A stretch of DNA of 64,000 nt. Origin: Raillietiella orientalis. Taxonomy: Eukaryota. A program made the translations under genes and the position numbers. Below are positions 62,701 through 64,000 of this stretch, piece after piece; position 1 is the first letter of the stretch; each line of letters opens with the position of its first letter. Under the pieces are notes generated by a model that saw only the letters and a program-made list of their open reading frames with translations, ran no database searches and had not been told where the DNA came from. The stretch spans positions 4,216,001 to 4,280,000 of the forward strand of contig JAYWIR010000011.1 in assembly GCA_036172245.1 (NCBI GenBank). Reading direction: 5' to 3'.

Positions 62701-64000
62701 TACTTACTTCTATCACTTGGGAATCAATTGAATTGTATGCATGCCATATACCTCGATTGTCCTTCCATCGCCATTGCACCTGCTCAGTTAGTGCCGGTGA
62801 AGAAAACAATACAGAATCAATACTGAAAATGCCTTCAGCAGGTAAGGAAGGCAGCAATTCACCAATCAAGTTAACTATCTCATACAACTCTTGTGATGTG
62901 CGTGATGTCAGTTCGATCTTCAAAATTAAAAATGAAGACTATAATTTGACTTTTACTCCTTTGTTTTTTACCTCGTCAGGATTTACTTCGCTGGTTCCAA
63001 TCAACAAATAACTGAGAGTATCGACAATATTTTGTCTTAACATCTGAACAGCCAACTCTGGTGAATTAGCACATATAAGGGAAAGCATATGAATTGCAAC
63101 ATTAAAAGAACTTGAACTTATTAAAGGTGGCGAAATCACAAGCAGCTGTTGCAGGTTTCTCAGGAGACCATAGCTCACAATTTCTTTAAGTTTATCAGGA
63201 TTATTCTGAAAACTTTCCACTAAACGGCTGAAGGCTAAACAGACTGATTCAACACTCTTCCTGTCCTACAAGAACAATTAGATGGATTTTAAATTCCATA
63301 AATATGAAATAAACATTTTTTTTAGGAACATACAGATTTTCATCTACAACTTGCAACCCACTTTTTGAATTAGTCACCGGATGAAACGAGAATTCATTAG
63401 CGACGAATACATGCTCATAAATAATGAATTTTTGTATCATTTGAAACATTTCTTTCAGAATCAAACGCCAAGATTGTTCTGTTACTCATTCCGTTTTAAA
63501 ACAATTAAAACTTTAAGAAAGCGCGCATTTTTATTTAAATCTGAAAATCAACAGCTCCTTCCTTTTTATAGTTTAAAACCTTTTTTGTTACAAAGAATTT
63601 TTGCTGTAACTTTTTCCACCAATTACTCTTTTACTGTACTTTATGCATGAAGTTAATTCTTTAATACCTGATGAGTTAATCTCTGGGATAAAAGGGATAA
63701 AGAGCCAGATACAAATCGAAATTCATCTGAATGCAAATTCTGACAACAATTTGCAGTGATTGCCAATGATGAACGTTGGGCATTTATTGAAAAAAAGTCC
63801 AAATACAGCAAACAAGCTGAAATGCCATCCTGAAAAATTTCCAAACGTATAGAATATTCTTATTTAAAGAAAAAAGTATCAAATATTCGGAAAATGAAAA
63901 ACAAATGCTTACTGCTTGAAGTATTGCTTTGTTGTGCCTCTGAGACAAAATCTCTAAAGCTGTCAACGACTGTTCTGCAACATCCATACACTGAATTATT
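56798..64000 (-). CDS. TRIP12: E3 ubiquitin-protein ligase TRIP12/Ufd4 (ctrip) homologue, 5'-truncated by the window edge
   Basis: ARM-region [12 protein letters not shown] / [17 protein letters not shown] domain ([14 protein letters not shown]...[23 protein letters not shown]) and HECT ([19 protein letters not shown]...[15 protein letters not shown]...[16 protein letters not shown]...GQHSFHLS*). The 3' exons are 59942-60251, 59524-59892, 59284-59475, 58712-59225, 58366-58660, 58056-58311, 57413-58009, 57214-57363, 56798-57160, with GT-AG introns. Exon use between about 60.3 and 61.6 kb is not resolved. Confidence 0.96.
61077..61110. repeat. Perfect 16-bp inverted repeat in a TRIP12 intron
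   Basis: CATCATCAAACCATTT-ac-AAATGGTTTGATGATG. Confidence 0.95.

Overview
Eukaryotic (animal-like) genomic DNA with very short GT-AG introns (about 40-60 nt). There are three host loci. (1) A MEI1 (meiotic double-strand-break factor) homologue on + at about 3.1-12.8 kb keeps its exon/intron scaffold but has several frameshifts and stops in its middle exons, so it is a probable pseudogene. (2) An intact 8-exon adenylyl cyclase-associated protein (CAP) gene lies at 29231-31258, with a phase-compatible 1.16-kb Lys/Glu-rich upstream exon (27161-28316) that probably makes a long isoform. (3) The 3' part of an apparently intact TRIP12/Ufd4-type WWE+HECT E3 ligase lies on - (56798 to the window end). 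Almost everything else (13-26 kb, 32-56 kb) is GC/CpG-rich DNA made of heavily decayed, nested non-LTR retrotransposon relics on both strands, mostly L1/Tx1-like (ORF1 zinc knuckles, APE, RT, C-terminal CCHC/zf-RVT). Most long GC-rich ORFs in the track are spurious. All family assignments rest on motifs recognised by eye, alignments to human proteins are from memory, and relic boundaries are approximate.
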